Below are positions 20,177-30,425 of a DNA stretch of 63,113 nt, one piece after another. The stretch covers positions 1 through 63,113 of the forward strand of contig JAWLEA010000005.1 in the NCBI GenBank assembly GCA_041686345.1. Direction: 5' to 3'. Numbering within the stretch: position 1 is the stretch's first letter; each line of letters starts with the position of its first letter. Position numbers and translations under genes: made by a program. The notes beneath the pieces were generated by a model. It worked only from the letters and a program-made list of their open reading frames with translations. It was not told the origin of the DNA and did no database searches. The stretch is from Polyangia bacterium (GTDB taxonomy: Bacteria > Myxococcota_A > Polyangia > HGW-17).

Positions 20177-20371
20177 TCAGGAATTCTCTTTGATAAAATA
20201 AGCAACAGATCTGTTCCAGGTTTTTTCCTGCTCCTTGGTAAAATAACAAGCAGGTAATTCATTCATGCGTTTATGATAGGCTATGCATTCACAACAAATT
20301 CCAAAACGAGGGCATCCGCTGTAAGTACAATTGCAAACTTGTTTATTTTTTTCGTGATTAGAGCAGTTCAT
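20177..20371 (-). CDS. Small Cys-rich protein (DUF6485-like)
   Basis: CNCTYSGCPRFGICCECIAYH...ELPACYF...EKTWNRS; AAAGGA RBS; last gene of the operon. Confidence 0.75.
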   Translation of the reverse strand: MNCSNHEKNKQVCNCTYSGCPRFGICCECIAYHKRMNELPACYFTKEQEKTWNRSVAYFIKENS

Positions 20372-20396
20372 ATATCAATTTTCCTTTCTGTTTTGT

Positions 20397-21218
20397 TTAA
20401 TTGAATTCTCCTTTGAAAATATCTTTTTTTCTGGCAAGTTCAACCATCTCTTCATGAACCTGTGATTTCCCCATCATAATCCTGCCGGCAAAAATATTGA
20501 ATTCAGCCCCGTTTACATCGCTTATTCTGGCTCCGGCTTCACTTGCAATCAGCGAGCCTGCAGCTAAATCCCAAGGATATAAATTAACTTCTACATAACC
20601 ATCAAGCCAGCCCTTGGCCACCAGACAACAATCAAAGGCGGCACTTCCGGTTCGTCTGATTCCCTGACTTGAAACCATGTAGTTTTTTATGGTGGGAATA
20701 TAGCGCTGGGGATTTTTACGACGATCATAGCCATTTCCGAAACCTATCAATGCTTTGCTCAAATCTTTTCCAGGTTCCAACTCGGGAATCCGGTAGCCAT
20801 TGAAAAAACTGCCTCCATCTTTCAGGGCATAGAATTCCATTTTCAAAGCAGGATTATAGACTACTCCCACAACTGCCCTGTTATCCAGCAGAAGACTGAT
20901 GGAAACACAGAAAAAAGGCAAGCCATGTGCAAAATTGGTAGTTCCATCCAAAGGATCTATACACCATACTCTGGCTCCATCACCTTCAGCTCCACCTTCT
21001 TCTGCCAAAATTGCATCTTTTGGCCTCTTTTTATTTATTTCCGCCGTAATTGCTTCTTCGCTTTTACGGTCAAATCTGGTGACAAGATCAACTTCTCCTT
21101 TGTATTCTACTTTCAGAGAACCTGCAGCAGCCTGCCAGCCCGCTTCCAGGATATCACCGGCCTGATGAGCCAATTTTCTGGCAAACTCCAAATCTTTTAC
21201 AAATTTATTCATCCTCAT
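20397..21218 (-). CDS. suhB: Inositol monophosphatase family protein
   Basis: DLVT, AEE, WCIDPLDGTTNF, RRTGSAA, WDLAAG. Confidence 0.92.
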   Translation of the reverse strand: MRMNKFVKDLEFARKLAHQAGDILEAGWQAAAGSLKVEYKGEVDLVTRFDRKSEEAITAEINKKRPKDAILAEEGGAEGDGARVWCIDPLDGTTNFAHGLPFFCVSISLLLDNRAVVGVVYNPALKMEFYALKDGGSFFNGYRIPELEPGKDLSKALIGFGNGYDRRKNPQRYIPTIKNYMVSSQGIRRTGSAAFDCCLVAKGWLDGYVEVNLYPWDLAAGSLIASEAGARISDVNGAEFNIFAGRIMMGKSQVHEEMVELARKKDIFKGEFN

Positions 21219-22621
21219 TCAAACCTTTCTCTGTTTTTTTTGTATTCATCAACTAACTTACGGGAAATGCCCCCAAAAGAACCGGAGGAAAAAAACACAA
21301 CCAGATCACCTGATTGAATTGTTTCCAACAAACGAGCAACAATAGAATCTACTGTTGCAAAAGTTTCAGATTTTTTGCCCTGTGCCTGCAAATCAGCTGC
21401 CAATTTTTCTGAACTGAACCGCTGTTCCGGATCTATCCTGCTTTGATCATGAGGAGTTTTAATTAAAACAGTCTCCACATCATCAAAAGCTTCAGCATAA
21501 GGTAATTGAAAAATTTTTCGACGAGAGGTAGCACTTCTGGGCTCAAAAACTGCAATAATTCTCTTGCAATTCATTGACTTGAGTCCCTTGAGTGTTTCCT
21601 TTACAGCCGTAGGGTGATGAGCAAAATCCTCCATAACTATGAAACCGTTTATTTCATCAATTATTTCCTGTCTTTTTTTAACTCCCGAGAATTTCGGCAG
21701 TATTTCAACAAGTTTCCCTGGAGAAACTCCATAAATCAGTGCCATTGATAGAGCAGCCACACAATTTCTCAAATTGTGCTCTCCCATCATATTAAGATGA
21801 AACTCACCAAGTTCCCGACCACAATGGGATAAAATAAAATCCGTTCCCCGGTGATTATAATCTATATTCGAAGCTTTCCATTGGGGATCTCCGTCACTTT
21901 CCAAACCGTAAGCTTCTCCCCGACCTCTGCAAATCAATTCCATGGCATTGGAACAATTGGCTGAAACGAGAAAAGGTCCTGTCGGAGGAAGAATATTTCT
22001 CAAACGCATGAATTGTCTTTTGACTTGATCAAAATCATCGTAAATATCAGCATGATCAAACTCAATTCCGGTCAAAATCACTGCCTTGGGTCTGTAATGA
22101 AGAAATTTAGGATTTTTGTCAAAAAAGGCGGTATCATATTCATCGCCCTCAATTACAAAAAGCTGTTTCCCGGGAAGTTGAAAACTGATATCCAAATCTT
22201 TTGGAACTCCGCCAATCAGCCAGCCGGGTTTTACTCCAGCTTTATCAAGGAGAAAAGAAAGCATTGTGGAGGTAGTAGTTTTACCATGAGTACCTGCCAC
22301 GACAATAGTTTCTCCCTCTGACAACACCTGTCTTCCGAGTACTTCAGGAAAAGAGGTCAGGGGCAGTCTTTTTTCCCGGGCGGCTTCCACCTCCAGATGA
22401 TTCCGGCGACATACATTACCCACTATCACTTCATCGGGATTCCAATCAAGATTTGACTCCGAAAAAGGTGACATTACTTCTATTTCTCTGTCAGCCAGCA
22501 AGATGGACATCGGAGGATAAATTGCCTCATCGGAACCTTTGATCTGATGACCTGCAACCTTGAGAAGACCGGCAGCACTTCCCATTCCTGTACCTGCAAC
22601 TGAAATAAAATGGTATTTCAT
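21215..22621 (-). CDS. mpl: Murein tripeptide ligase (MurC/Mpl family)
   Basis: GTGM, YPPMS, VAGTHGKTTT, EGDEYDTAFFDK, EFDHADIY, DFAHHPTA, FEPRS. Confidence 0.9.
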   Translation of the reverse strand: MKYHFISVAGTGMGSAAGLLKVAGHQIKGSDEAIYPPMSILLADREIEVMSPFSESNLDWNPDEVIVGNVCRRNHLEVEAAREKRLPLTSFPEVLGRQVLSEGETIVVAGTHGKTTTSTMLSFLLDKAGVKPGWLIGGVPKDLDISFQLPGKQLFVIEGDEYDTAFFDKNPKFLHYRPKAVILTGIEFDHADIYDDFDQVKRQFMRLRNILPPTGPFLVSANCSNAMELICRGRGEAYGLESDGDPQWKASNIDYNHRGTDFILSHCGRELGEFHLNMMGEHNLRNCVAALSMALIYGVSPGKLVEILPKFSGVKKRQEIIDEINGFIVMEDFAHHPTAVKETLKGLKSMNCKRIIAVFEPRSATSRRKIFQLPYAEAFDDVETVLIKTPHDQSRIDPEQRFSSEKLAADLQAQGKKSETFATVDSIVARLLETIQSGDLVVFFSSGSFGGISRKLVDEYKKNRERFE

Positions 22622-22630
22622 ATTCTGTCC

Positions 22631-23542
22631 TCAGTTTTGAGAAATAACCCGGTTTTTCTTTTTAGAACGAGCATAAAAAACTTTTCGATAAAAATATTGA
22701 TAAGGTTTGCGAACAAATTTTCTTTTCCCTCCAGGTCCACTCAGATCGATCCAGAATCCATCTTTTTTTCTTATATCAAGATGAATATGATAGGAATTTG
22801 GATAAAAACCTAATCCTAAACTGTAATTTTCAAGCTTTTCCCTTCTCTTCAAAAAATATTTAATCAATTCTTTTCTTTCTATTCCGTCCAGATTGAAGTC
22901 GATGGCATCGCCAGTTACATGTCTGGAACTAGAAGTTGAATAAGGCGGCTGACGACAACCGGAAAACAAAGTAACCTGGGGCATTCCAAAATGTAACCAG
23001 GCCTGATAAAGCTCCACCAGCAACAGAGGATTCATTTTCAAATATTTTCCGCTACGATAGCAATAGGTAATTTTATTGAAACGTTGAATTGCTCTCTTTT
23101 TTACTTTTCCTTTGCGATCATAAATTCTCAATCTCATGTAATCCCGGGTATGAATATGATATACTGGCATTTTTGGAGATCTATGTTTCAGTTTCCGCTT
23201 TTTGCCTGAATTGACTTTTTTTCGATTTTTTAATTTATTGCTGGAGGAATTCTTCAAAGAACCAGATTTTATCTTCCTGCTTCTGGTTTTAATAACCCGA
23301 ACTCCTTTTTTTCCTTGCTTATAATTTCCTTTGACAACCCGCTTTTTCTTGCCGGTTTTATTCTTGCGAACTGCAAAAAGTTGAGGTTTTTCCATTTTAT
23401 CGAATTTGGCATTTTCCTTGGAAACTTGTCGATGATTAACTTGTTCGGGACTTAGACAATCAATAGTATAATTATCTGAACCTGGTTTTGATTGAAAGTT
23501 GACCGAACCGGTCAGCAATAATGAAAGAGTTAAAAAATACAT
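22631..23542 (-). CDS. YcbK/DUF882 peptidase M15-like protein with Lys-rich N-terminal region
   Basis: SGCR, SRHVTGDAIDF, GLGFYP..HIHLD zinc-peptidase motifs. Confidence 0.8.
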   Translation of the reverse strand: MYFLTLSLLLTGSVNFQSKPGSDNYTIDCLSPEQVNHRQVSKENAKFDKMEKPQLFAVRKNKTGKKKRVVKGNYKQGKKGVRVIKTRSRKIKSGSLKNSSSNKLKNRKKVNSGKKRKLKHRSPKMPVYHIHTRDYMRLRIYDRKGKVKKRAIQRFNKITYCYRSGKYLKMNPLLLVELYQAWLHFGMPQVTLFSGCRQPPYSTSSSRHVTGDAIDFNLDGIERKELIKYFLKRREKLENYSLGLGFYPNSYHIHLDIRKKDGFWIDLSGPGGKRKFVRKPYQYFYRKVFYARSKKKNRVISQN

Positions 23543-23888
23543 GTGTTATTTCCTCCTACTTTGTAATCCTATATCTTACATTGTAGGATGTCAAAAATTT
23601 GAAAGTTTTTTTTCTTGAAGAAAAAAATTATCTAAATTGACATATTCTTTCACTTTTGCTTTATTTTATGATTATCAAGTCCTGCTATTTTTTTAAATTC
23701 AGATTGCAACTTTTACCTGCAAATAGTAAAAGTATATTTGAAAGATCTGCAAAACTCCGGATTTTTAAAATTTATTCAAGTTTTTGCAGACAAGATTAAT
23801 TAAATTTTGAACCCAGCCCCCTTTAATTTTTCTCAATTTGAACCTGAGTCAAATTACTCCCCGGGCACCATACACGGAGGATATCCTC

Positions 23889-25061
23889 ATGAAAAAATGG
23901 ATATTATTTTCCTTTTTTGCTTCTTTGTTATTTTCAACTTCTGTTTTTGCCAATGATGCTCAAGTCCTTAAAAAAATAGATTCCATAAGTGTTAAAAAAG
24001 GCTATATTGATGATCAATTTTCAATTTCATCTGATGGCAAATATCTCGCTTACGTCACTGTGAATTCACAAGGGGTTGCCAAACTTCACATCAAATCCCA
24101 GGAAAAACGCACTGAAAACGTGGTTGAGATTACCAGAATCACAGATGAACCCCACAAGATTTTCTTTATGAACAACAAATATGTCTCTCTGGTTGCCAAA
24201 CACGGAAAATACAAAAAATACACCTTTTTCAATCTCAAGGGCAAAAAAGTCGGAACCATCAACAAAGTAACCGACATGATCCACAAACATGCAGCCAAAG
24301 AGATTACTGTATTCACCAAAATATCCCGTTCTTCTTCTACTACTTATCTCATCAATGAATATAAGATTCCAAACTTCAGAACCCCTTCTTCCAAATCCAA
24401 AATTAACACTTCAGCCGGTGATACTTTTACCCTCGACAAACAAAAACTCAAAGTATCCTATTTCACTCCAGACTACCAGTTTGCCGTAGTCAGAATCATC
24501 GGAGGATACGACGAAGAAAGCGACTCCAGACTTCCTGATAAAGTTGGTTTTTACAATGTTAAAACAAAAAAACTCAAAGAAGGCAATCGCATTGCCAACA
24601 ACTCCAAATGGGATAAAAATGCCCATATTTTTAAAAAAAATGCTGGGTACTCAAATATTATCCAGCTTAAAGGAACTCCCACAGTTGAGGGTATTAACGG
24701 AAATTTCCGATTTACCACAGGGCCCCAGCAATGGGAAAAAGTCGCCTATGATTTCAAGTTGGGACGCTTTAACTTTAAAACCCTGGTTACCGAAAAACGA
24801 TCTACCAACAATAAATTACACTTTTCACTTATTATAGATCCCCAAAATCCCATTATTCTAAAACAACTAAAATCAGAGAAGCGTTTTATCCACTTTTTTG
24901 AATTGAATACCAAAAACGGAAAAACCAGGACTTTGGGCAGAGTAAAAGCCGAACGAGGCTTCGTGCGTTGGCGAATCAACAATAATATTCTTCTTGTCAT
25001 GAAACTCTCCAAAAATTGGAAGGTTGGAGCAAACCAGCTCGATATCTACAAAATCAAATAA
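23889..25061 (+). CDS. Secreted hypothetical protein (possible beta-propeller)
   Basis: GGAGG RBS, signal peptide ending VFA, SSDGKYLAY motif. Confidence 0.7.
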   Translation: MKKWILFSFFASLLFSTSVFANDAQVLKKIDSISVKKGYIDDQFSISSDGKYLAYVTVNSQGVAKLHIKSQEKRTENVVEITRITDEPHKIFFMNNKYVSLVAKHGKYKKYTFFNLKGKKVGTINKVTDMIHKHAAKEITVFTKISRSSSTTYLINEYKIPNFRTPSSKSKINTSAGDTFTLDKQKLKVSYFTPDYQFAVVRIIGGYDEESDSRLPDKVGFYNVKTKKLKEGNRIANNSKWDKNAHIFKKNAGYSNIIQLKGTPTVEGINGNFRFTTGPQQWEKVAYDFKLGRFNFKTLVTEKRSTNNKLHFSLIIDPQNPIILKQLKSEKRFIHFFELNTKNGKTRTLGRVKAERGFVRWRINNNILLVMKLSKNWKVGANQLDIYKIK

Positions 25062-25083
25062 TTTTCCTTTCCGAGACTCAGCC

Positions 25084-25272
25084 ATGAACATTATTCTGAA
25101 CGGCAAAACCAAGAAAGTCGATAATAATACTTCCATTGCCGATCTCCTGAAGGCTTTTTCCAATAAAAATGCTGTTGTTGTTGAACTAAATGGTAATATT
25201 TGCCAGAACCGTGATTACAAACTCAATGAAAACGATATAGTGGAAATTGTCACTTTTGTGGGAGGCGGCTGA
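25084..25272 (+). CDS. thiS: Sulfur carrier protein ThiS
   Basis: MNIILNG...VVVELNG...DIVEIVTFVGGG with C-terminal GG. Confidence 0.9.
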   Translation: MNIILNGKTKKVDNNTSIADLLKAFSNKNAVVVELNGNICQNRDYKLNENDIVEIVTFVGGG

Positions 25273-25397
25273 ATTGCTGTTTATGGCATTTTTTTCAATT
25301 TCGTCGGCTATTATTTTCTACCCCTTTTCAAATCAATAACCAGAGTCGATAATATTCAGAAGTCATCTTTCCAAATAAAATTTCAACCGGAGGAATC

Positions 25398-25790
25398 ATG
25401 AAATTATTTTTACTTCCTATACTTCTGCTGGTTTTTTCCTGCTCAGAAAACACCGAATCTTCACCTCAAAAAGTGGCAGATACTTTTGTAATTTCGGTTT
25501 TAAACGATCTGAACGGAGAACAAATTAAAAATTTATCGAAAGATTCAAAGGGTAAACTTGAAAAAGCGGCCAAACAATGGCAAAAAAAAGGGCTTGAAAT
25601 TGAACCTTCAGATCTGCTGGTATCAATTCCCCAATCCAATGAAGACTGGCTGGGAAGTTTGGATACAAAAATCATTTCCACAGAAAAAAACAAAAAAACT
25701 GTGGAAATAACTTCCGATTACAATAAAAAGAAGAAATTACAACTGCAATTGATCAAAGAACACGATTCCTGGAAAATAGAACTTTTCTAG
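25398..25790 (+). CDS. Hypothetical lipoprotein (NTF2-like)
   Basis: GGAGG RBS, VFSC lipobox, SPQKVADTF...LIKEHDSWKI. Confidence 0.7.
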   Translation: MKLFLLPILLLVFSCSENTESSPQKVADTFVISVLNDLNGEQIKNLSKDSKGKLEKAAKQWQKKGLEIEPSDLLVSIPQSNEDWLGSLDTKIISTEKNKKTVEITSDYNKKKKLQLQLIKEHDSWKIELF

Positions 25791-25876
25791 TCTTACCCCG
25801 GTCCTGCAGCTTTCTCAAATAATTACAACCCATCCTTCCGATATATTAGCGGAAACCGTTTAAAGAGGTAAAATCC

Positions 25877-27259
25877 ATGAAAACCAATATTAAAACACTG
25901 CTGACAGAATCACCCGTTGACACCGAAGTAGTCGTCAAAGGCTGGATAAGAACAAAAAGAGGCTCCAAACAGGTTTCCTTTCTGGAAATTAATGATGGCT
26001 CCTGTTTTGCTTCCATGCAGGTAATTCTTGATAATAAAAATTTTTCAGATGAAATTTTGCAGAAACTCAGAACCGGAACTTCGGTCAAAATTACCGGAAA
26101 ACTGGTTGAATCGCCTGCTCCTCAGCAACCGGTTGAACTTCAGGGTTCCAAAGTCAAAATCTATGGCGAGGCTGCTCCCGATTATCAACTTCAGAAAAAA
26201 AGACATTCTTTTGAATTTCTGAGAGAAATAGCCCATCTCAGAACAAGAACAAATACTTTTGGTGCTGTTTTCAGAATCAGAAATATTCTGGCCAAAGCAG
26301 TTCATGATTTTTTTCAGGAACGCAATTTTATCTATCTTCATTCCCCCATAATCACAACCTCGGATTGTGAAGGAGCCGGTGAAATGTTCAAGGTCACCAA
26401 TTTCGATCTGAACAATATCCCCCTTGACAAAGCTAATAATGTGGACTGGGAACAGGATTTTTTCGGAAAAATGGCCGGACTCTCAGTCAGTGGTCAACTG
26501 GAAGCTGAAATTTTTGCCTGCTCTTTGGGAGATTGCTATACTTTCGGACCAACCTTCAGAGCTGAAAATTCCAACACTTCTTATCATCTCTCGGAATTCT
26601 GGATGGTGGAACCTGAAATAGCTTTTGGAGATCTCGAGGATGACATGGATTTGGCTGAAGATTTCATCAGATATCTATTCAAAGCCGTACTTGACAAGGG
26701 AAAAGAAGATCTGGAATTTTTCAATAAAAGAATTTCCAAAGGAAAACTAAAAGCACTTGAAAAACTGGCTACATCTCCTTTTAATCGCATATCATACAGC
26801 GAAGCCATTTCCAAACTCGAAAAAAAATCAAACAAATTTGAATTCAAACCAAAATGGGGCATGGATCTGCAGACTGAACACGAGAGATATCTTACGGAAA
26901 AAGTTTTCAAAGGTCCTGTATTTGTTACAGATTACCCCAAAGAAATCAAAGCATTCTACATGAGAATGAATGACGATGGCAAAACCGTGGCCGCCATGGA
27001 TGCCCTGCTGCCGGCTGTGGGTGAAATTATTGGGGGCTCCCAAAGAGAAGAACGCTATGAGGTACTGGCAAACAGAATAAATGAAATGGAACTCGACCTT
27101 TCTGATTACGACTGGTATCTGGATCTTAGAAAATACGGTACTATTCCACATTCGGGATTTGGACTTGGATTCGGCAGAATGGTACAATTTGTGACTGGAA
27201 TGAAAAACATCCGTGATATCATCCCCTTCCCTCGAACTCCAGGTAATGCAAAATTCTAA
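25877..27259 (+). CDS. asnS: Asparagine--tRNA ligase
   Basis: GWIRT, NDGS, VSGQL, FRAENSNT, EFWMVEPE, PHSGFGLG. Confidence 0.97.
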   Translation: MKTNIKTLLTESPVDTEVVVKGWIRTKRGSKQVSFLEINDGSCFASMQVILDNKNFSDEILQKLRTGTSVKITGKLVESPAPQQPVELQGSKVKIYGEAAPDYQLQKKRHSFEFLREIAHLRTRTNTFGAVFRIRNILAKAVHDFFQERNFIYLHSPIITTSDCEGAGEMFKVTNFDLNNIPLDKANNVDWEQDFFGKMAGLSVSGQLEAEIFACSLGDCYTFGPTFRAENSNTSYHLSEFWMVEPEIAFGDLEDDMDLAEDFIRYLFKAVLDKGKEDLEFFNKRISKGKLKALEKLATSPFNRISYSEAISKLEKKSNKFEFKPKWGMDLQTEHERYLTEKVFKGPVFVTDYPKEIKAFYMRMNDDGKTVAAMDALLPAVGEIIGGSQREERYEVLANRINEMELDLSDYDWYLDLRKYGTIPHSGFGLGFGRMVQFVTGMKNIRDIIPFPRTPGNAKF

Positions 27260-27260
27260 A

Positions 27261-28112
27261 ATGAATATCTTAATCATCTTTAAAATAAAAAACTCCAAAG
27301 CTAAAAAGCTTGCGCAAAAAGCTACTATTTTTCTCCTTTCAAAAGATCATCAAGTTTTTTGCGAAAAAAATCAGCAGATAGAAGGGGCAACTCCCCTGAA
27401 AAACAATCAACTTGACTCTGAAATAAACTTTGTAACAGTTATCGGGGGAGATGGCACTTTATTGTATTCCACTTCATTGATGACCACCAAGGTGGTTCCC
27501 ATACTCGGAATCAATCTCGGTTCACTGGGTTTTCTTACTCCTTTTTCTTCCAAGTATGTATTTGATCACCTCCACCGGGCAATCAACAACCAATTACCCC
27601 TGACCAGAAGATTTCGCATAGATGTAAAGGTGTTGCGCAATCAGAAATGCATTTTTTCCAGTATTGCCGCCAATGATGCGGTTATTAACCACAAAAAACT
27701 GGCCCGACTGATGACCATAAATTGTTATGAAAACAATGAATATATATCAACTTATAAGGCTGATGGCCTGATTCTGGCCACTCCCATGGGTTCAACCGCT
27801 TATGCTCTTGCTGCCGGGGGACCGATTATTTCTCCCCAGATGGATGCTCTGGCAATTGTTCCCATCTGTCCTCATCAGTTGACTCAACGACCTTTGGTCA
27901 TCGATTCCTCCTCCGAATTGACAGTCAATCTTGAAAAACCGGGTTTTCTGACAGTAGACGGACAAAGAGGTCAGGAAATAGAACCCGAAGACAAAATCAT
28001 TCTCAAAAAATCACAATTACCGATAAAATTATTTCTCCCCGATAACTATTCCATCTTCAAAGTACTCAAACACAAGTTGAGTTGGGGAGCCAGAGAGGCT
28101 TTTAATGCTTGA
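27261..28112 (+). CDS. nadK: NAD(+) kinase
   Basis: GGDGT, GSLGFL, ND, DGLILATPMGSTAY; start at ATG 27261. Confidence 0.93.
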   Translation: MNILIIFKIKNSKAKKLAQKATIFLLSKDHQVFCEKNQQIEGATPLKNNQLDSEINFVTVIGGDGTLLYSTSLMTTKVVPILGINLGSLGFLTPFSSKYVFDHLHRAINNQLPLTRRFRIDVKVLRNQKCIFSSIAANDAVINHKKLARLMTINCYENNEYISTYKADGLILATPMGSTAYALAAGGPIISPQMDALAIVPICPHQLTQRPLVIDSSSELTVNLEKPGFLTVDGQRGQEIEPEDKIILKKSQLPIKLFLPDNYSIFKVLKHKLSWGAREAFNA

Positions 28113-29802
28113 ATATCTGAATATCCAGAATTTGGCGGTCATCTCTTCTTCAGAAATTGAATTCAGTAAAGGACTCAATATAATCACCGGAGAAACTGGA
28201 GCCGGCAAATCCATGATTGTTCAAGCTCTCGGCTTGTTAAAGGGAAACAGAGCCTCCAGAGACTGGGTCAGAACAGGAAAAGACAGAGCCATAATTCAAG
28301 CTGTTATTGATGTATCTAACTATAAAAACATTCAAAACAATTTGAAACTTAATGATTTTGAACCGGATTCTTCTTTGAATATTGAACGAATCATCAAGAA
28401 AAAAGGTAATGGTCGTATCAAAATCAACGGTTCCCTGGTACCGGCCAGAACTTTGCAGGATATTATTTCTGATTCAGTAGAAATATCTTCACAACATGAT
28501 CAGCAAAAACTCCTTTCCCGCAAAAATTATCTTATCCTTATCGATCTTTTCGGCAATCACGGGAAACTACTTGATAAATACAAGCATTACCTGAAAATTA
28601 TGGATGCGAAATATAATAAACTTGAACAATTGAAACGGGAAAATGCCAACAGAGAAGAAAAAATCCACACCCTCAAATTTAAAATCAAAGAAATTGAAAA
28701 ACTCAAAGTCAAGCCAGGAGAAAGAAAAAAACTTCTCCGTAAAAGAAAAAGGCTGAAAGCCAGAAAAGAAATTCTGGAAACAGTGTATTTTTCTGAAAGA
28801 CAACTGTATTCCAAAGATGATAGTATCACTGATTTTCTTCATGAGATCATCAGCAGAATTAAAAATGTCGAAGATGTTGAACCTGGTTTTGCTTCTATCA
28901 GTTCCATGTTGCAGGAAGCTCTGGTTCTGGTTGAAGAATCCTGTTCAGAACTCTCCCGACTCAACCAATTTGATCAAGATGGAGAATCTCTGGAAGAAGT
29001 TGAAACCAGACTCCATTCCATCGAACGCCTCCTGAGAAAATACTCCTTGGAAGATACTTCTCAACTACTGGTAAAACTAGATGAATTAAAAAAAGAACTG
29101 GAGTTTTTTGATAATTTCAATTTCAATTATTCCAATCAGGAAAAAGCCTGTCAAAAAGCTCAGAAAACAGTTGTAGACCTGGCTGAAAAATTAAGCAACT
29201 ATCGCAAAAAACAAACTGAAGTTCTGGCAAACACCGTGCAAAAAGAACTTGCAGATCTTGATTTTAAAAATGCAATTTTTAAAATCAAACTCACCTCCCT
29301 TTCCCCTCAGGAAAATACACCGGGATATAGAATCCACAACAATAAATTCCTGAGCGGAACCGGAACAGATCAGGCCCAATTCCTGTTCAGCCCAAATCCA
29401 GGAGAAAAACCTCTTCCTGTTTCCAGAGCAGCTTCCGGAGGGGAACTATCCCGACTCCATCTTGCTTTAAAATGTGCTCTTGAATCAGGAGATCAAACAA
29501 TAACCACTGTCTACGATGAAGTTGACTCAGGAATTGGCGGAACTGCAGCCGTAAAAATAGCTGAAAAATTAAAACAGGCAGGTAAAAACAGACAAGTAAT
29601 TTGTATTACTCACCTTCCGCAAATTGCCGCCTTTGCCGATTGTCATTTTGTTGTTTATAAAGATGTCAAAGCAAACCGTACCTACACCAGAATAAAAAAA
29701 CTAGACAAAAATGGAAAAATTGAAGAATTGGCCCGCATGACCGGAAAGATCAACAAAGAATCAAGACAACACGCTAGAGCTTTACTTGATAATACTCAAT
29801 AA
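28105..29802 (+). CDS. recN: DNA repair protein RecN
   Basis: TGETGAGKS, coiled coil, ASGGELSR, DEVDSGIGG, ITHLPQIAA; canonical nadK-recN order. Confidence 0.96.
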   Translation: MLEYLNIQNLAVISSSEIEFSKGLNIITGETGAGKSMIVQALGLLKGNRASRDWVRTGKDRAIIQAVIDVSNYKNIQNNLKLNDFEPDSSLNIERIIKKKGNGRIKINGSLVPARTLQDIISDSVEISSQHDQQKLLSRKNYLILIDLFGNHGKLLDKYKHYLKIMDAKYNKLEQLKRENANREEKIHTLKFKIKEIEKLKVKPGERKKLLRKRKRLKARKEILETVYFSERQLYSKDDSITDFLHEIISRIKNVEDVEPGFASISSMLQEALVLVEESCSELSRLNQFDQDGESLEEVETRLHSIERLLRKYSLEDTSQLLVKLDELKKELEFFDNFNFNYSNQEKACQKAQKTVVDLAEKLSNYRKKQTEVLANTVQKELADLDFKNAIFKIKLTSLSPQENTPGYRIHNNKFLSGTGTDQAQFLFSPNPGEKPLPVSRAASGGELSRLHLALKCALESGDQTITTVYDEVDSGIGGTAAVKIAEKLKQAGKNRQVICITHLPQIAAFADCHFVVYKDVKANRTYTRIKKLDKNGKIEELARMTGKINKESRQHARALLDNTQ

Positions 29803-30288
29803 AAGCACTGCTTAAAATTACCTCTTACTTACAAATTTGTGGTTTTGATATTGATCTTGATTTATCTGCAACCTGATTAAATTAAGAGAATATCGAACAG
29901 TTGAAAAAGATCTGTGTAGCAATAGTTACAGAACTTACACCAAAAGGTGTATAATTGATTTTACAAATCTTGATATTATCTTCACATATTACTGGTACTA
30001 TATTATTGTGGCAGTAAAATATATGATGAAACATATTTCTTTATTTTTATCGATTCACATCATAATATTGGGTTACATGCCGAAAAGGAAGTTAAATTTC
30101 GACAAAAGCAGCAACTTGCAAACGCTGTTGATACCATTACAAAGTACCAACAAGAACGAACCCTGCAAATTTCAAACTGCAGACGGTGACAATTCTTTTT
30201 GAGATCTAAACCAGCTCCCATGAAATAGTTGCTTTTTATTGCTTTCAAGCTAAGCTGTCTTTGGATGATTTTTTATCCCTTTTGATCA

Positions 30289-30304
30289 TGGCACAGATGT
30301 TGCA
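30289..30304 (+). promoter_or_regulatory. Sigma-54 (-24/-12) promoter candidate
   Basis: TGGCAC-AGATG-TTGCA matches TGGCAC-N5-TTGCW exactly, about 120 bp upstream of the Cys-rich gene. Confidence 0.7.
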
Positions 30305-30425
30305 ACTTAAAAAACACGAATGTGAGATTTTTGCAAAATCAAACAATTATGGCCACTGTATTTTTCTTTTATCAGGTGGCTGATTTTTCAAAGATTTTAA
30401 TATCCCTACTCTATGGAGGTTTATC

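Noticed and set aside
25084-25272. Orphan thiS as part of a ubiquitin-like system
   Set aside because: No E1/JAB or thi genes adjacent; sequence is ordinary ThiS
30008-30248. Short ORFs in the recN downstream intergenic region
   Set aside because: No RBS or recognisable motif; likely chance
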